Shown in pieces: positions 1 through 13,560 of a stretch of DNA of 64,000 nucleotides. Positions within the stretch are counted from its first letter, which is position 1. Each line of letters opens with the position of its first letter. The position numbers were made by a program, and so were the translations under genes. Source of the DNA: Anolis carolinensis (lineage: Eukaryota); contig NC_085843.1 in the NCBI RefSeq assembly GCF_035594765.1, forward strand, positions 45,926,201 to 45,990,200, in the 5' to 3' direction. The notes beneath the pieces are model-generated. The model ran no database searches and was not told the origin of the DNA. It was given only the letters and a program-made list of their open reading frames with translations.

Positions 1-404
1 TACAAAGTCTCTTGCATTTTAGGAATTCTTCCAGGTCTCAAAAATACAAAATTTTCTGGTTAATTTGCTTGAAAAGAATAGCTTTCTTTTCCTCCCAAAG
101 GAGAGGCTTCCAAGATACTTCTGTGATGCCCCCTGCCAACTCACTAAATGATGACAGAAAAGCCCTGGAGAAGTAAGATGACAATCTAGAAAAGGTAGGG
201 ACTGCATTGCATTTTAAAGTTTGGCAGAAAAGCTGGGCAGATGGATGGAGAGTGTTTGTGTGATCTAATAGAAAAAAAAGAAAAAAAATCCTATGCACAC
301 TTCAGCCATCTCATTTGCTATGCAAAGAAAAATAGTAAAGAAAAGAACTATACAATGCAATATTTAAAATGAAGAACAATTTTAATCAATATAACAGCAT
401 TAAA

Positions 405-629
405 TGGAAGACTCCAGGGGCCAACCGGTCCACACATACCCTTCTTCTGCCATGCAGGAAAAGCAAAGCACCCCTGGCAGATGGCAATATAGCTTCTGTA
501 GTAATAGTAGCAGTAGTAGTAGTAGTGACAATAACAATAGTAATAGAAGTAATCCCAGGGGCCATCCAGCCCAACTCCCTTCTGCCATGCAGGAAAAGCA
601 CAAAGCACCCAACAGATGGCCACTCAGCC

Positions 630-630
<1 letters not shown>
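405..630 (-). mobile_element. Two tandem CR1 LINE 3'-end fragments
   Basis: Two diverged copies of ...CAGGGGCCA...CTTCTGCCATGCAGGAAAAGCA.AAGCACCC..CAGATGGC separated by a (TAG/TAA)-like simple repeat; same motif as the CR1 ends at 10885 and 31675. Confidence 0.6.

Positions 631-686
<56 letters not shown>
631..686. repeat. (TAA)n microsatellite
   Basis: About 18 perfect TAA units. Confidence 0.95.
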
Positions 687-687
<1 letters not shown>

Positions 688-752
688 AACTAGATCCAGC
701 ATATATATCTCGTTTGCTGTGTCATACTGTGTCTTTGTATCAATAATAATAA
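687..752 (+). mobile_element. Extreme 3' end of a Dong/R4-type LINE
   Basis: ATCCAGCATATATATCTCGTTTGCTGTGTCATAC...TCAATAATAA closely matches the 3' UTR of the element at 59005-59060; flanked by TAA repeats. Confidence 0.7.
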
Positions 753-1479
753 CAACCCACCCATCAATGAAATAACGAGACCAGACAACTGTGTTGGGAT
801 AAATATAGACAACATTCTTTACCTGTGCCATTTTTTTTATTCTGTAACAGTGGTCTTGGAGCTCCTGAGAGCTTCTGGCTATTGTTAATGTCAACAAAGG
901 TGTCTGTGAGACTCAAAGGCAGGAGAGGGGAAAGGAAGAGGTGATATCCCCCATTTCTCTCTCTCTAAGTCACATGTACACCTTGGCTCACACCAGCAAA
1001 GGCACCCAATGGTGCCCAAGAGTTCTCTGGAGGTCTGTGGCTGCCACTGCTGCAACAAAAAGTGATATAAGTAAGTACCATTCCATTTCCCAATGCCATA
1101 GAGTCAGAGAAAAGTGGAAGGCAGCACTGGCTCATGTAAATAGCAGGGCTGGTTCCAAATCAGAATAAGCCAAGCTGTTCACACACATACCCTGAAGTAT
1201 GAGATACTCCTAATGACTTTTCCTAATGAGTGGTAGAATTGGGTAAAACAGTGCTACCCTTAATTATGGGTTGGAAGTCCATGGACATCATCTGAATGCC
1301 CATAAAGCCAATTGTCATTATCTTTCATTCTAAACCACTTTATGAAGATACTGTGAGGACTAAACTTGGAAAGATGACCATGTATGCTGTTTTCATATCC
1401 CTAGATATATGAAAACAACAAGTGTATTACAACATGTATCTTCTTACTTTAAAAGAAAAAGAGCATATTTTGTAGAGAC

Positions 1480-2330
1480 AGATGTCAACATGATGAAAGT
1501 TTGACAATCCAGGAAAATTACATCTTATAAGCAAAAGCATAATTATACCCTAATTGGTATCCAAATGCCCATCATGATTGTCATTAGAAGTGGCAAAGTC
1601 TGAAGGAGATACAAAAAGCACTCTTTGATAGTAGATTTTTTTTCTTCTCTGTATTTATATTTAATACATTGTACCCATTATCTATGATTGCTCCATCATC
1701 AGATATTACTAAAATGAACTCTGCTAATATGCTTCTGAGGAATCTGAGAAAACTCTTTTGAAAGCCAGCAACTTTAAAATGCTTTAAAAAGATTTAGAAG
1801 CAACATAATTTTCAGCAACAGTCTCTAAATGTTTTGATCAAAGGGAGTTGTGTTAAGTTACACAGTAAAGTTTTGGATGTACATGAGAAAGAATCTAGGG
1901 GCCTTGCTGCATGAGATACTACAACTGATCTTTGAAATGTTTATTATCAGAAACATATGCACTTACTGCATTTTAACAGAATCTAACTAGAATAAGATAA
2001 ATAATTTTGTTTTCTTCAATAACCATCAATCTGATCTAGCAAGAAACATCGGTGTATAGAAACAGATTTCAAAATTTGTATTCTTCAAATGCTTTAAAGG
2101 GAGATGCATACTAGGATCAGATCTTTTTTATAAAAATCTCAGTGACTGGTTTCTTGATGCTAGTGTTTTCAAATCTGAGAAGAACCATCGAGCATGTCCA
2201 GTGTCCAGGTAAGTGAAGTCTAAAGCATCTAGATAACCAAAAGTTTAAAACTAAGGCTATTTTAATAAGGTCACTCTGATGGTAATATCTGGAAGAATAA
2301 AAGTGGTATCTTTCAGCATCAGATTGCCAG
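1480..2330 (+). mobile_element. Heavily decayed CR1-like LINE fragments
   Basis: Patchy resemblance to CR1 ORF2 and its 3' region; no open frame. Confidence 0.35.
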
Positions 2331-3071
2331 AAGAAACTTTACTAGCAATCAGTCAGTTGTAACCGTTGAATTTTGCTTATTTGGTTTGAGTCTAATATTT
2401 CTGAAATTTCATTTTGGCTTTCACTTCCTTCATGGTGGGAATGTGATTCTTCACTACCTTTCTTCTTGAAAGCAGCAATAAACAATTTCAGCCATTTTCT
2501 TCCCTCTGCAAGTAAGTGGTTTAAACCCCCCCCCCCCAAAAAAAAACCAGTCCATTTTTAAGGCAATTTGCAATTTTGAACTTATCTATACAAAATTTTT
2601 ACATGGTTGTTCTGAGCAGAAAACAACATTTTTCCATCCAGGAAATTCCAAAACATTAGTTTCTGCATAGAAAATTCTGTTGCACATACATGGTGAGAAG
2701 TTCCATCCAAGATTGCACATGAGACACTGAAATATGGGGAAACAAAGGCCATACCTTTTTATTGGCTGATAGGATTGTCAACTGTACATAGGTCCTTGAG
2801 CCCAGCATTGACCAGCCCATTTGCTGACTAATGATCACAACACTCTGAAATGACCTAGTAGAGGCAACCTGTTGCCAGTTACTCTACCAATACCACCAAT
2901 GCCGGAGAGTGAGGTGGGGGCTGCTTACATGTCTGACGGGTTGCCAATCCAGACTATTCTGAGTAGCCCCTCCCCATCAAGTCTCATAGTTACTTTCCAT
3001 GATATGACTGATACCAGTAGGCTACATATCAGCAGTTCTGAATCTAGGGCCCAAGCCAACCAGCTTCAAGT

Positions 3072-3683
3072 TGTCACAAAAAAAGGCTCAAGCAGCTGCC
3101 TTATATATTTAGCTGGTAGACCAGAGGAAAGGAATCTTCCATCAGGGCTTTTGTGGACTATTCTTCTGCTTCTGAGGAGGATGTAGAACAGGAGGCTGAA
3201 GAGGTAGTACATGGGGACTTGGGGCCAAGTGTTGAGGAGGAAGAAGAAGGTGAGGAAAACATATTACAAGTCCCTACATTTTTAAAATGGCATAGGGAAA
3301 AAGAAGAAAAGGCCAGCTAGAATCACAACAACTATGCTGACAATAAAACCTTTCCCTAGGAACATCTGTGCTGGGAGCTCAGGGCTATAAATTAGCAGCA
3401 AAGCCAGTAGTCAAAGCTGGCAGCAACCAACCAACTTGGTGTATTTGTGTTCTGGTCTCTTTGATACAGCTCCAGTGTTGGTTTGGCAAAAGACTTCTTG
3501 CCACAGACTCTTGTTCCTGTATACTGTAAGCCTTTTTTGCCAAAGACTCTTGCTCCTGTCTGCTGTGAAGACTTGTTGCCAAGACTTTTGTTTCACATCT
3601 CCTGTAAGACCTTTCATTGCTTTAGAACTTTACCTTCTGTTTCCTTTACTGCTGTTTGTATTATTATTATTATTAACAGGACA
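3072..3683 (+). mobile_element. Decayed LTR-like element
   Basis: Acidic-coding stretch, CTATAAA TATA at ~3385, ~40-bp direct repeats (TGCCAAAGACTCTTG.TCCTGT) at 3490-3590, possible TG...CA ends; no TSD found, so boundaries are uncertain. Confidence 0.4.
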
Positions 3684-5479
3684 AGGGCCAACTTCCCCAG
3701 TCAATGAGTTTGAACTGCCAAGTTCAAAACAATTTGTTGCTGATATTCCTACTCTTCTCTCCCAGGCTTCCTAAGTGCAGGGCCTGCTGGGAGAGGTGAG
3801 AGCCACACTGGCGAGAAGAAGAGAGCGGTCAGATTCTTTCTCCAATCTGGACCACAACTGTTACATCCATTTAGTCAGGCAGACAATTTCCTGAACAGAA
3901 ATGTTGCTTTTCATATGAATCAACCATAAATCAATTTCAGGAAGAAAAAAGTTCCACAATTACAGAATTTTCTGTACACAAAACAGCCTTTTCTGCACCA
4001 TAATAAATTGAATATATTTGCCTTGAGATTTTATTTTCCATGCATAAAATGTTATTTTCCAGGTAAACCCACTATGTATAGCATAGATTTTGAACTGTGA
4101 ATAATTGCATCAGTCCATGAGTCTTCTCATCAGTTTCTCATCACTCGAAACATGTTTTTTAACATTTTCAAATGTTTCTGAATATTATTTTCAACTCTAC
4201 CTCAGAGGGCCTCTGAATTCTGTATTTGGTTATATTTTGCTCAATTTTGATTGATGTTTTTTTCATTTAAAAGCTTTGAATTTCACAGCTTGAGACAAAA
4301 CAATCAGTGAGGTCAGAGATTAAACATGAAGGCAAAAGAGAAACACAGACTATGAAGTTACAAGCAGATGATGGTGGAGATTATTATGATTGCACTACTA
4401 ATTTTGATAGCAGTTGTGTAAGACTTCAAAGGAACCCTTGCCATTTAATTTTTACAGAGTGCTTCCAACTTACAGGAACAAATTCATTTGCATGGTGAAA
4501 TTAATCTGCAGCTTGATTATTGTAAACTAGAAATCCTGTTAATGCTGGTCAAGGCAAAATAGCAGCTTGAGGTCAAACTAGATATGACCTTAAATGTGTC
4601 GTAAATGTACAAGTATTTTTAAGCAGAATGAACAACAAATGCAGTTGTGCTGAGGTAATTATAGAGATTGCAGCAGGTGTTAAAAGGAAGTTAGCTCCTT
4701 CATTAAACCATCCCTCTGACACTGGCAATGATATGGGATCTCCTCCCATTGCATGCACCAGCTTCAAAGTTTTTCCTCAATAATAATCCTAGCAGAATAT
4801 TGAGAATATAAGCAATGTTTAACATAGTCACTGACTTTAATAATTATAAAATGAGGTTCTATACTCTTGAATTTTTTTTTTTAAAAAAAACTCTAGCAGA
4901 GAAAGATTTGTGTTTTTCCCATGCATTCTGCAATTGTAATGCTTATCTGGTTATACAATGCATATCATTTGTTTTTTGTTTTGTTTTGTTTTTTTTTTAT
5001 AAAAAAAAAATCACTCCTCTACATTTAATGTTACAGTAGTACAAACATGCAATTCATATCACAGATCATTCCTTTAATTCCACCACTCTCACAGAAACAT
5101 TTGATAGGGATGTAAATGAAGGCTTTCTTGGTGACTAGAAGTTATGGAACTTTCTTTCAATGGAGTTGAGACTGATCTCATACTTCTGGCTCTTTCACTG
5201 GCAATGAACACCTTTGTAATGAGGCAGGCTTTTCACAACTATCTGGCTTATTTATGATATATTTTAAACTTTATTTTATTTCTATAGGTGTTCTTTCCAT
5301 ATTCTATTAATCTGTCTTTTAATATGATTAAATTCCCTTTGGCATCTTTTCCAACCCTACCAATACAAATACAAAACTGAAGCATTTCCGAAACATGGCA
5401 ATTCAACCCCTGTTATAGACCTCCAATCATGGAGAGTCAAGTATAAAAAGTTCTTGCAGTAAAAAAAACTTTTTTCCTT

Positions 5480-5870
5480 ATGTTTAGGTGGAATCACTTT
5501 TCTGCAAATTTTAATGCAATCGTTATGTCTTCTATTCTCAGCAGAAGATACTTGTTTCATTTCCTACATGGCATCCTTTCATGATTATGATACAGTCCTC
5601 GGCATACTTGCCAAGGAGCTCTGGATACTTAAAGTCCTGCAAAAAGAATGACAAATCCAGGCTTGGCTGTGACTCTGCAGTTGCACAGCTTGATGTCTAT
5701 TTTTGATTTTCCATTTTGCTTCTTCCATAATTCTCACATTTTTCCCCTTTGCAAATGCTGATATTTCTGCAGCACATGCCAGATATGCCCACCATATTTT
5801 ACGCCTCAAAAAGTGAAAGCAAATAATAAGAATATAAATATTTGTGTGGGCTTCTTCCACTTAACCATCT
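5480..5870 (-). mobile_element. Decayed RTE/BovB-like LINE fragment
   Basis: Degenerate similarity to the RTE ORF region upstream of the RT; many stops. Confidence 0.35.
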
Positions 5871-6879
5871 CTCAGTAAAGATTCCCTTTCTAAAAAGAGA
5901 TCAGTTTAGCTACCACTAGTGCTTTAACAGCTGGTTGTTTTTTTTTTAAGTGAAACATATAGTTGGAATTCTGGCAGTGGAATGTACTTAGAAAACATGC
6001 AATATAAAGGATGAGTATGGGAAGAAAATATCTTGATTGAGTTTAACTTATTGATTATATCACATACACATAAAGAACACTTGTATGTTTCAGTGCATAA
6101 CAATTGATATGCTAGGTCTTCAAAATCAAGTATTCATACAATGATCATAGACAAACACACAAGCCAGTTTAGCCTGAAGAGCTCCCAGTACTTAGCCAAA
6201 GCTAGCACCATGGGATTATACTCAGTAGGCACTCCATTTTCTTCTTTAAAGAGTAAACATGCAATTATGGCAAAAGCTTGCATGTCCTCCCTCCTTGTCT
6301 ATCCCGAATGATTAGGTATGTTTTTCCACCTCGTTTCTTGCTGACGGTTCTCTCTCAGCTCTTTCCTAGAATTATGGTTGTTTAGATTTAGCACACTGAG
6401 GAACTTTCCTATTTTAGAATGGAGTTCCTATGAATGCATTTTGCTTCTCCAAGCCATTGGTGTCTTTGTTCAGGATATCTAAGTAATGTACACACTCTCT
6501 GTTAAATCAAGCTCCATAGCCATGACTAGGTTATGTTTATTTAATTTCAATAGCTTGTTTGTATGTCTGATTTCACATGAATTTAACCCAATGAATACCC
6601 ATAATGCACATAGCCCACATACATACCATAGTGGCAAAATTCTTATTGTGCTGATATATGTTTTCTCAGCATTGAAAGTGTGGTGTATGGCACATGAGAA
6701 GATGTTGTCAATGTAATTGTGAGGGTGGAATACAAGGTGTATGACTGACATGTCATGTGATTGTGGGCTTGTTTCTTTTTTTATGAAACAATGCATCTGA
6801 ATCTTGGAAATATGTGCTCAGTTTCTTTACTCAGTCCCTGAGATGTAGAAATGCATAAATCCATTTTTAGAAACATGCA

Positions 6880-7150
6880 ATGGGGAAAATTTCCCACACA
6901 GCCCTTGTTAGAAGATAAGCAACTTCACATTTGCATTCTTTAAGAACTCTCCTGAAGATTCCATCTGCACTTGGAGATTTATTCATTTTAAATTTGTCCA
7001 TAACATCTAGAATTTCACCTTCTGTTACCATGACTTGGCTCAGTTTCAAATATGCCTTTGAAAAATTTCAGTTCCTTCATGGAAATGTGCCTCATACCAT
7101 CTGCAGTGAAAAATTCACTTTTCTTGCGATGTTCTTTTCCTCACTGAGCA
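6880..7150 (-). mobile_element. CR1 LINE ORF2 fragment
   Basis: Translates to KMNKSPSADGIFRRVLKECKCEVAYLLT, matching the CR1 motif KSPGPDGIHPRVLKE. Confidence 0.75.
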
Positions 7151-7654
7151 AGGGATGCAATTTCAATAGTTAAATATATGAAAATGAATGTAAAACTGCA
7201 TAGCTCTTCAGACATATTTATTTTAAAATTAACAGTTAGATTTATGTGGGCAGCAAAAATAGTCTGATCTATTAAGTCCTACCTTTAGGACATCTTTAAT
7301 TTTCTTATTTTGCAGTAGTACAATTCCCCCCCCCCCCTCTAGTTTTCTGCTTCTGATACATATTTGATTTTTCTTGACATTTATATTTATCCAAATGTAT
7401 CAGAAGTTTATTGATTAATATTCAAAGAATCACCAGAGATACTAAAATAGCTGTAATGAAGGGGAATAAATACTGTTTGATATTAAATCATAATATGCTC
7501 AAAAAGGTCACCTATTCTTAGTTTCATTCTTTATTTTTCTTCTTTTATCTCTCTAACTGAAGATGTGGTTTTAATTTTCTGAAGAAGTTTTTTTTTGTCT
7601 TTAATGCAATCTTTCTGCTTCAACATATGCTAATGTCCTCTAGGACATGCATGA

Positions 7655-8510
7655 GTCAGCATGATGTAATGCTTTGAGCATTGCTTTAGGACACTGGTGG
7701 ACCAGGGTTCAAATCCTGCTTTGTCTTGGAAACTCACAGGGTGATCCTCAACAAGTAACACACTCTTATGACCCTTCCAGACAGGCATTTAAAATATTTC
7801 AAAACTTAGGCCATACAGAGGGCCAAAATTCCAGGTTTTTCCAGGGTGACGGTGGCAGCCAGTTACTTTCCTTCCCTGGTTGATCAGAGATCAACTGAAG
7901 AGGGAATCTAGTCAGCCCCCCCCCCTCTGCTGCCATTCCCCCTTTAAACTTACCAGTGGGAACTGGCTGCATCCCCATCCCCTCAGAGTAAGCTTCATTT
8001 TGACGTATCAGAAGCTTACCCCAAGGGGCCTGAGGATGCAGCTATGTCCCTCCAGTAAATTTAAGGGGGAAATGGGGGGCTGGGAGGGGATGGTGTGGGT
8101 GCCACCCTTCTCTCTTGAGCTGTTAGAACCCAAAGAACCAGGATGGTCATGGGGATTGACCCTTGGGACCATGGAAGATGGTTTCGGGTCACTCCGCACA
8201 GGCCCAACACCTGAAAAGACCCAGATCTTACTGAAAGTTCCTGGTCTTTTCAGGTATTTTTTAAATCTGATACAAATTGGGAAATCTCAGTTTACTCTGG
8301 AGTAATCATGATTAACCTGAGGCATAGTTTGGTAAATCCATTATACCTAGGTTAATCTGGAACCCATCACAGATTTTGGGCTTGTCTGGAAAGGCTCTTA
8401 GCCTCAGAGGAAAAGAAGAACAAACCACCTCTAATCAAATTATGCCAGGAAAACCCCATGATAAGTTTGACTATAAGTTAGAAATGATCTGAAGGCACAC
8501 AACAACCACC
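7655..8510 (+). mobile_element. tRNA-derived squamate SINE with (CAA)-type tail, split by a MITE
   Basis: B-box GGTTCAAATCC at ~7706; 3' end GAAGGCACACAACAAC; paralogous intact copy at 52075-52295. Confidence 0.6.
7769..8397. mobile_element. PIF/Harbinger-like non-autonomous DNA transposon
   Basis: Imperfect TIRs (GACCCTTCCAGACAGGC / GCTTGTCTGGAAAGGCTC) and 3-bp TTA TSD at 7766-7768 and 8398-8400. Confidence 0.75.
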
Positions 8511-8962
8511 TCTAGGACTGAGTAAAACATGGCACTATTAACAAATGAGCAAATCTTAATGTGGGATGATATAGCAACCAATCTAAATATTCCTTGGGGA
8601 TTCTTTGTGCATGTGTGAGAGTGTGTGTGTTTTATAACTCCCATACAAAACCACATTCTTAACAAAAAGTATTTAAAACAGAAGATTGGGACATCAATAC
8701 AGATATTTTCTGCACTGTGTTTATTTATTAGAATCATTTATGTGCCAAAAGTCAAAACAATTCATGAATCTGTGAAAAAGACAATACAATTTTTCATAAT
8801 GAAATAGCAATCTGAAATTGTTCTCACAATTGAATGTGTATGTGAGAGTGTGTGTCTTAAAATGGTATAACAATGTACCACCAAGACATAGATTTGGATC
8901 TTATTGATAATCTAAAGCAGAGTTAACCCATCAAATTCATTATTTAATGGTGAGTTGACATA

Positions 8963-9411
8963 TTTATTTATTTATTTACAGTATTTATATTCTGCCCTTC
9001 TCACCCCGTAGAGGACTCAGGGTAGATCATATTATATACATATAGGGCAAACATTCAATGCACATAGAACAGAGACAGACACAGAGGCAATTTAACCTTC
9101 TCCTGAGGGGATGTTCAATTCTGGCCACAGGGGTGAGCAGCTGCTTCATCATCCACTGTGATGGCACTTCCTCATTCCAACGGCATAAATTAGTTAAATT
9201 TGCCTCCCCACTTTATAAGTTGTACCTTATTTCCTACTTGATAGATGCAACTATCTTTCGGGTTGCTAGGTCAGCAACGAGCAGGGGCTATTTTTTATTT
9301 TTTAATTGATGGGTGCTCACCCCGCCACAGGCTGGCCTCAAACTCATGACCTCCTGGTCAGAGTGATTTATTGCATCAGGCTGCTCACTAGCCTGTGCCA
9401 CAGCCTGGCCC
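8963..9411 (-). mobile_element. Anolis-type SINE2 (tRNA head, L2-derived 3' tail)
   Basis: Minus-strand head GGGCCAGGCTGTGGCACAG...GAGTTTGAGGCC, L2-like stem CCCTGAGTCC...GAGAAGGGC and (TAAA)n tail. Confidence 0.75.
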
Positions 9412-10884
9412 AGGAAATTCCATTGATACAATGGGTGCATCCTAGTTGTGACATAGTTTTGTGGTCATTGTTTTTAAAAAGCAGTGTCTTGAGATGCCAG
9501 GAACCAGTTGTTTCTTCAAGGGAACATGCAAACCTTTCTTGGGAGGGCATATTCAACATTTTCAGTGCAACATGGGGATGAGCTTGGAAGCTTCTTGTGC
9601 CTCAGGACCATGTGCTATACATCTGTTGATGAGGGATACAGATCAGAGTTACACTTCCATAGTCAGGTATACCAGTATATACTGAAGGCAGAAAATCTAA
9701 AGATGCTGCTGCTGTCTTCTTCATAGAAAGGTTATTTTCTCCCTTCATTGTTAGATTGACATTGAAAAGACACTTGAGAGAGCATTATGAATTGCTGTAA
9801 TATATTTGTGGCACACTTTTCATGATGATGTAGGCAAGCCCTTAGTAAACAAATCAGAATGCCTTTATTCATTTCATAAAAACAACACTTATGGAGGTTG
9901 ATTGAAATTGAAATGTTATTTTAGAACAAAAATATTAATTATAAATTTGGCTCTTTCTTCTGTTTGTAAATTATGCATGAATCAGCCATGATTTTTGTGA
10001 ATTTATACATTGCTACTTGCTATTCATTGGAAACCCTCATTGGCTGCCTTACAATTTATAGAACTTTCTAAATGCTTTGCCTCAATACATTACATTCTTT
10101 GGGCTAGGTGAATGGTCACTTCAGCTATGTTTTCATCACAATACAGACTACAGCTGCAGTTGAAAACACTGACAAATAGTCACATCTGGCTGTTTCTCCA
10201 GTATATGACAATGTGGAATATGTGGCAATTGGAAACAACCAATCCTAGAATAGGTTATTTGGGAGGGGTTTTTTTTTTGTATTCCTTCTTCAGTCTCAAG
10301 CTCATAAACCAAAGCTGATATCAGTGATCCAAGTATTTTAGAATCAATTCATCACCATCGTCCATCATACAAGTGTAAAACAAGTCAATACTGGTTTACT
10401 CCTTCAATCGAAGACTCCATTTTAAGTAGCAATGATAAGTAGAGCTTTCCTCTACTTGGATTGTTTTGGCCAAATTTACAGTCTTTCAAGATCTTTTCCT
10501 TAATTCACACATTGCTACTATGCTTTGTAGTTACTTGCATGAATATCAGATCAGCAAAGGTAATTCAAACAGGAAAAAAGGATGGTTTGTTTTTTCTTTT
10601 CTGCATAGGAACAGACCTACTGTGACCTAACGTTGGGTTCCTTAGAGAGTCCTTGACAATGACAACGAATACAGCCAAGCTCAGCTGTACATTTGCATAT
10701 TCTGATTTTGATTACTGCAATAAAGTGACTAAATTTAAACTATAGATATCACCACTTATTGCTTGTGTTCTGAGCCTCATTTGCAGGTAGTGTACCCCCA
10801 CTTTTCTAGTCATGAATTTATAGTCATGAATTATCTGTAAGAATTAGATTATTTAGCAACTTGATGAGAGCTGAGCAGTATTAG

Positions 10885-11185
10885 AGAATCATAGAATCAT
10901 GGAGTTAGAAGATGCTACAAGGGCTACCTAGTCCAACCCCCTGCCTTCAAGAACATAAAATCAAAGGATTCCTTAAAGCCACCCAGTCTTTGTTTAAAAA
11001 CCTTGAAAGAAAGAGACTCCATTGTATTCTAAGGCAGTGTATTCCACTGCTGGACAGCTACAATTAGGAAGTTCTTCCTATTTTCAGGTGGAATCTTTTT
11101 TCTGCAGATTGTATCAATTGCCCTGGGTGCTAGTTCTAGAGCAGAAGAAAACCCTGCTTCATCTTCAGTTGGACATCCTGGGATT
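10885..11185 (-). mobile_element. CR1 LINE 3' end
   Basis: Begins AGAATCATAGAATCAT (reverse complement of the CR1 ATTCTATG octamer tail) followed by AGTCCAACCCC. Confidence 0.75.
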
Positions 11186-11704
11186 CTGCTGTTCAAAGTT
11201 GCCAGTGGTTTTATTTGAGCAAAGCTGTATCTATTGTTTATTGACTAGTGCAGGTAGCAAAACAAACCAGAAAAAAGTGAATCAGAAAAGGCTGCTGCTT
11301 CTGCTTTTAATGCTTAAAGCCTTCCTAGTAGTGGAAGAAATAAAGAGGATATGCCAAGATTTGGTATCCTGCTTTTGCTACTGTTACTGGTTTGAGAAAA
11401 TGAGGTGGTATGACAGCCCCCACCTGAGCTGATTCTTTCTTCCTCTGGAGGAGCCTGTCCACTCAGTCCATCTTTCAATCCCCCACTAGATTGTTAGATT
11501 ATTAAAGTGTAATAAGAAGTATATGAAATGTATAAGCACGTATCTTCCTCAGCACCTATGTATCTCCATAGGTATGGTCAGTATCCTGTGCAATCCACTG
11601 CCAGAAAAACTTTATGGATTAATCCAGGGCAAATGTTTTTATTACAATTCATACTACCATATATGGGGGCAAGGACAATGAAGAAAAGGAAAAAGACAAA
11701 TGAA

Positions 11705-11895
11705 ACAGTGTGGTGTAGTGTGTTGACTAGATTGTCTTAGACCTTGCTGGCCCATGAAACTCACAGAATGAGTCATTTAATCTCTGCAAAAAATATCTTG
11801 CAGGGTTGTTGTGAACTTAAAGGTTGAAAAGAGGACTGCTGGATATACCATGTAGAGTTCACTGGAGGAAAGTCAAAATACAAAAATAAACAAGG
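11705..11895 (+). mobile_element. Old MIR/CORE-like SINE
   Basis: CAGTGTGGTGTAGTG head, CAGGGTTGTTGTGA core-like motif, AATAAA tail. Confidence 0.45.
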
Positions 11896-12116
11896 AGAAA
11901 ATGGAAAAGAAGGCATTATTACTTCCACAAATCTAAAGATAGGTGCCTATTGCAAGTTTTCCCTTCCTCCCCATGGATTCCTGAAAATTCTTTCTCTTTC
12001 ACTCCACATATACTTTGATCCCTGAATCCAACATGGAAGCAGCATGCCAAAATTGGACATTCCATATGGTCAATGACTAAATATTGCTTTCCAAAGAAGA
12101 AAAGAAAAAGTCACGC

Positions 12117-12119
<3 letters not shown>

Positions 12120-12164
<45 letters not shown>

Positions 12165-12225
12165 GCCCCATTTATACCCTGCCTTTCTCACCCCAGAGGG
12201 GACTCAAGGTGGCTTACACAAGAAA
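12120..12225 (-). repeat. (ATT)n microsatellite plus L2/SINE2 3' stem
   Basis: About 14 ATT units followed by CCTTTCTCACCCCAGAGGGGACTCAAGGTGGCTTACA. Confidence 0.7.
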
Positions 12226-12848
12226 CCCAGTGGGGGATTGTTATATGATATGTGCTATAATCTGTATATATTATCTCAACTCCATAACCTCAAGTGAAGA
12301 ATAGGACCATGTTAATATGAAAGTAAGTTCACACTGATTAAGAAATTATGCAGTCTAGGTTAGGTATATGCTTGACTCAAGGAATAGTGAAATGTGTCAA
12401 CTGAAATGTTAAGACAAAATTGTACCATGGAGCTATTGTAAGCAGTATGTTTAACTAGATTCAGAGTAGCAAACTTGATAGAAGGCCAGTAGAAGAACTG
12501 AGCAAAAGATGGAAAAACCAAGCAAAACTTTCAGTCATTCTTGAAGGCAGAGCCAAAATTTGTGAGTCAGTGGTCTCTGATATTTTACTTTTCAAGACAC
12601 AGAATGAAAACTGGTTAAGATCATATATACAAAAGAGACGGAAGAGCGGGGTGGCAGTAAAATGAGACCAGTCATCTTTGAATGTACCAATAAGGCTACT
12701 CTCTTGTTAGACCATAACAGCAGACACAAGAGTGCATGCTTGTATGCAATCCCTAGGATTATTTATGTTAGTCCAAATAGATGGAATTTGGTATACTGAC
12801 ACAATAGTTATGTTAGAGTAATGAAAAAAAGGGTTGTAGTAATGAAAT

Positions 12849-13168
12849 GGAGCCTTTGTGGTGAAGTGCATTAAAGCACAGAGCTGGAGACCAAAAGGTC
12901 CCAGGTTCAATCCCCGGGAGCGGTGTGAACGGCCGCTGTTAGCTCCAGCTCCTGCCAAACTAGCAGTTTGAAAACATGCCAATGTGAGTAGATCAATAGG
13001 TACCGCTCCAGCGGGAAGGTAACGGCGCTCCATGCAGTCATGCCGGCCACATGACCTTGGAGATGTCTACGGACAACGCCGGCTCTTCGGCTTAGAAATG
13101 GAGATGAGCACCAACCCCCAGAGTCAGACATGACTGGACTTAACGTCAGGGGAAAACCTTTACCTAAC
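12849..13168 (+). mobile_element. Sauria SINE, full length
   Basis: tRNA-like head with GGTTCAATCCC B box, characteristic body and ACCTTTACCT tail; 12-bp TSD TAG(T/C)AATGAAAT at 12837-12848 and 13169-13180. Confidence 0.92.
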
Positions 13169-13399
13169 TAGCAATGAAATAGTGAGATGGCTGTTTAAAG
13201 GGGTATACATTTTTCTACAGATGTAATGTGATATACGTATATTACACTTATGTATGAAATTCATGAGATCGCCATAAGTTGACAAGTGACTCTATTCACA
13301 CATACACATCTCCTATTGCATCTGACGTTGACTTAAGTCACAAAAGCCTATTGTCAGAACCCAGTTTTCAGGGCCTGGATTATGGCACCAGAAATCAGG

Positions 13400-13560
13400 G
13401 TCGCTGGCTTTCCAAACTGATAAGACACCTTCTACACCTGACCCTGAAAGGAAACGGCTACAGAATTTTGCGAGGAGATTTTGCGGGGTTTTTATCTGGC
13501 GGGAATTGTGTCTTTGAATGAGGGGGAGGGTATATAAGGGAGTGCGAACCGACGCCTGGC
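13400..13560 (+). promoter_or_regulatory. Possible TATA-box promoter or enhancer of an unidentified transcript
   Basis: GTATATAAGGG at ~13530, locally elevated CpG, GATA motifs (TGATAAG ~13418, TTATCT ~13492); no gene recognised downstream. Confidence 0.3.

Noticed and set aside
348-897. Poly-I/L/N/Y ORFs (also at 12073, 32488, 51156)
   Set aside because: They are translations of (TAA)n microsatellites.
7880-8305. 141-aa ORF inside the Harbinger-like element
   Set aside because: No transposase or Myb-like motifs; likely a chance ORF.
12849-12925. tRNA gene
   Set aside because: It is the tRNA-derived head of a Sauria SINE and runs straight into the SINE body.
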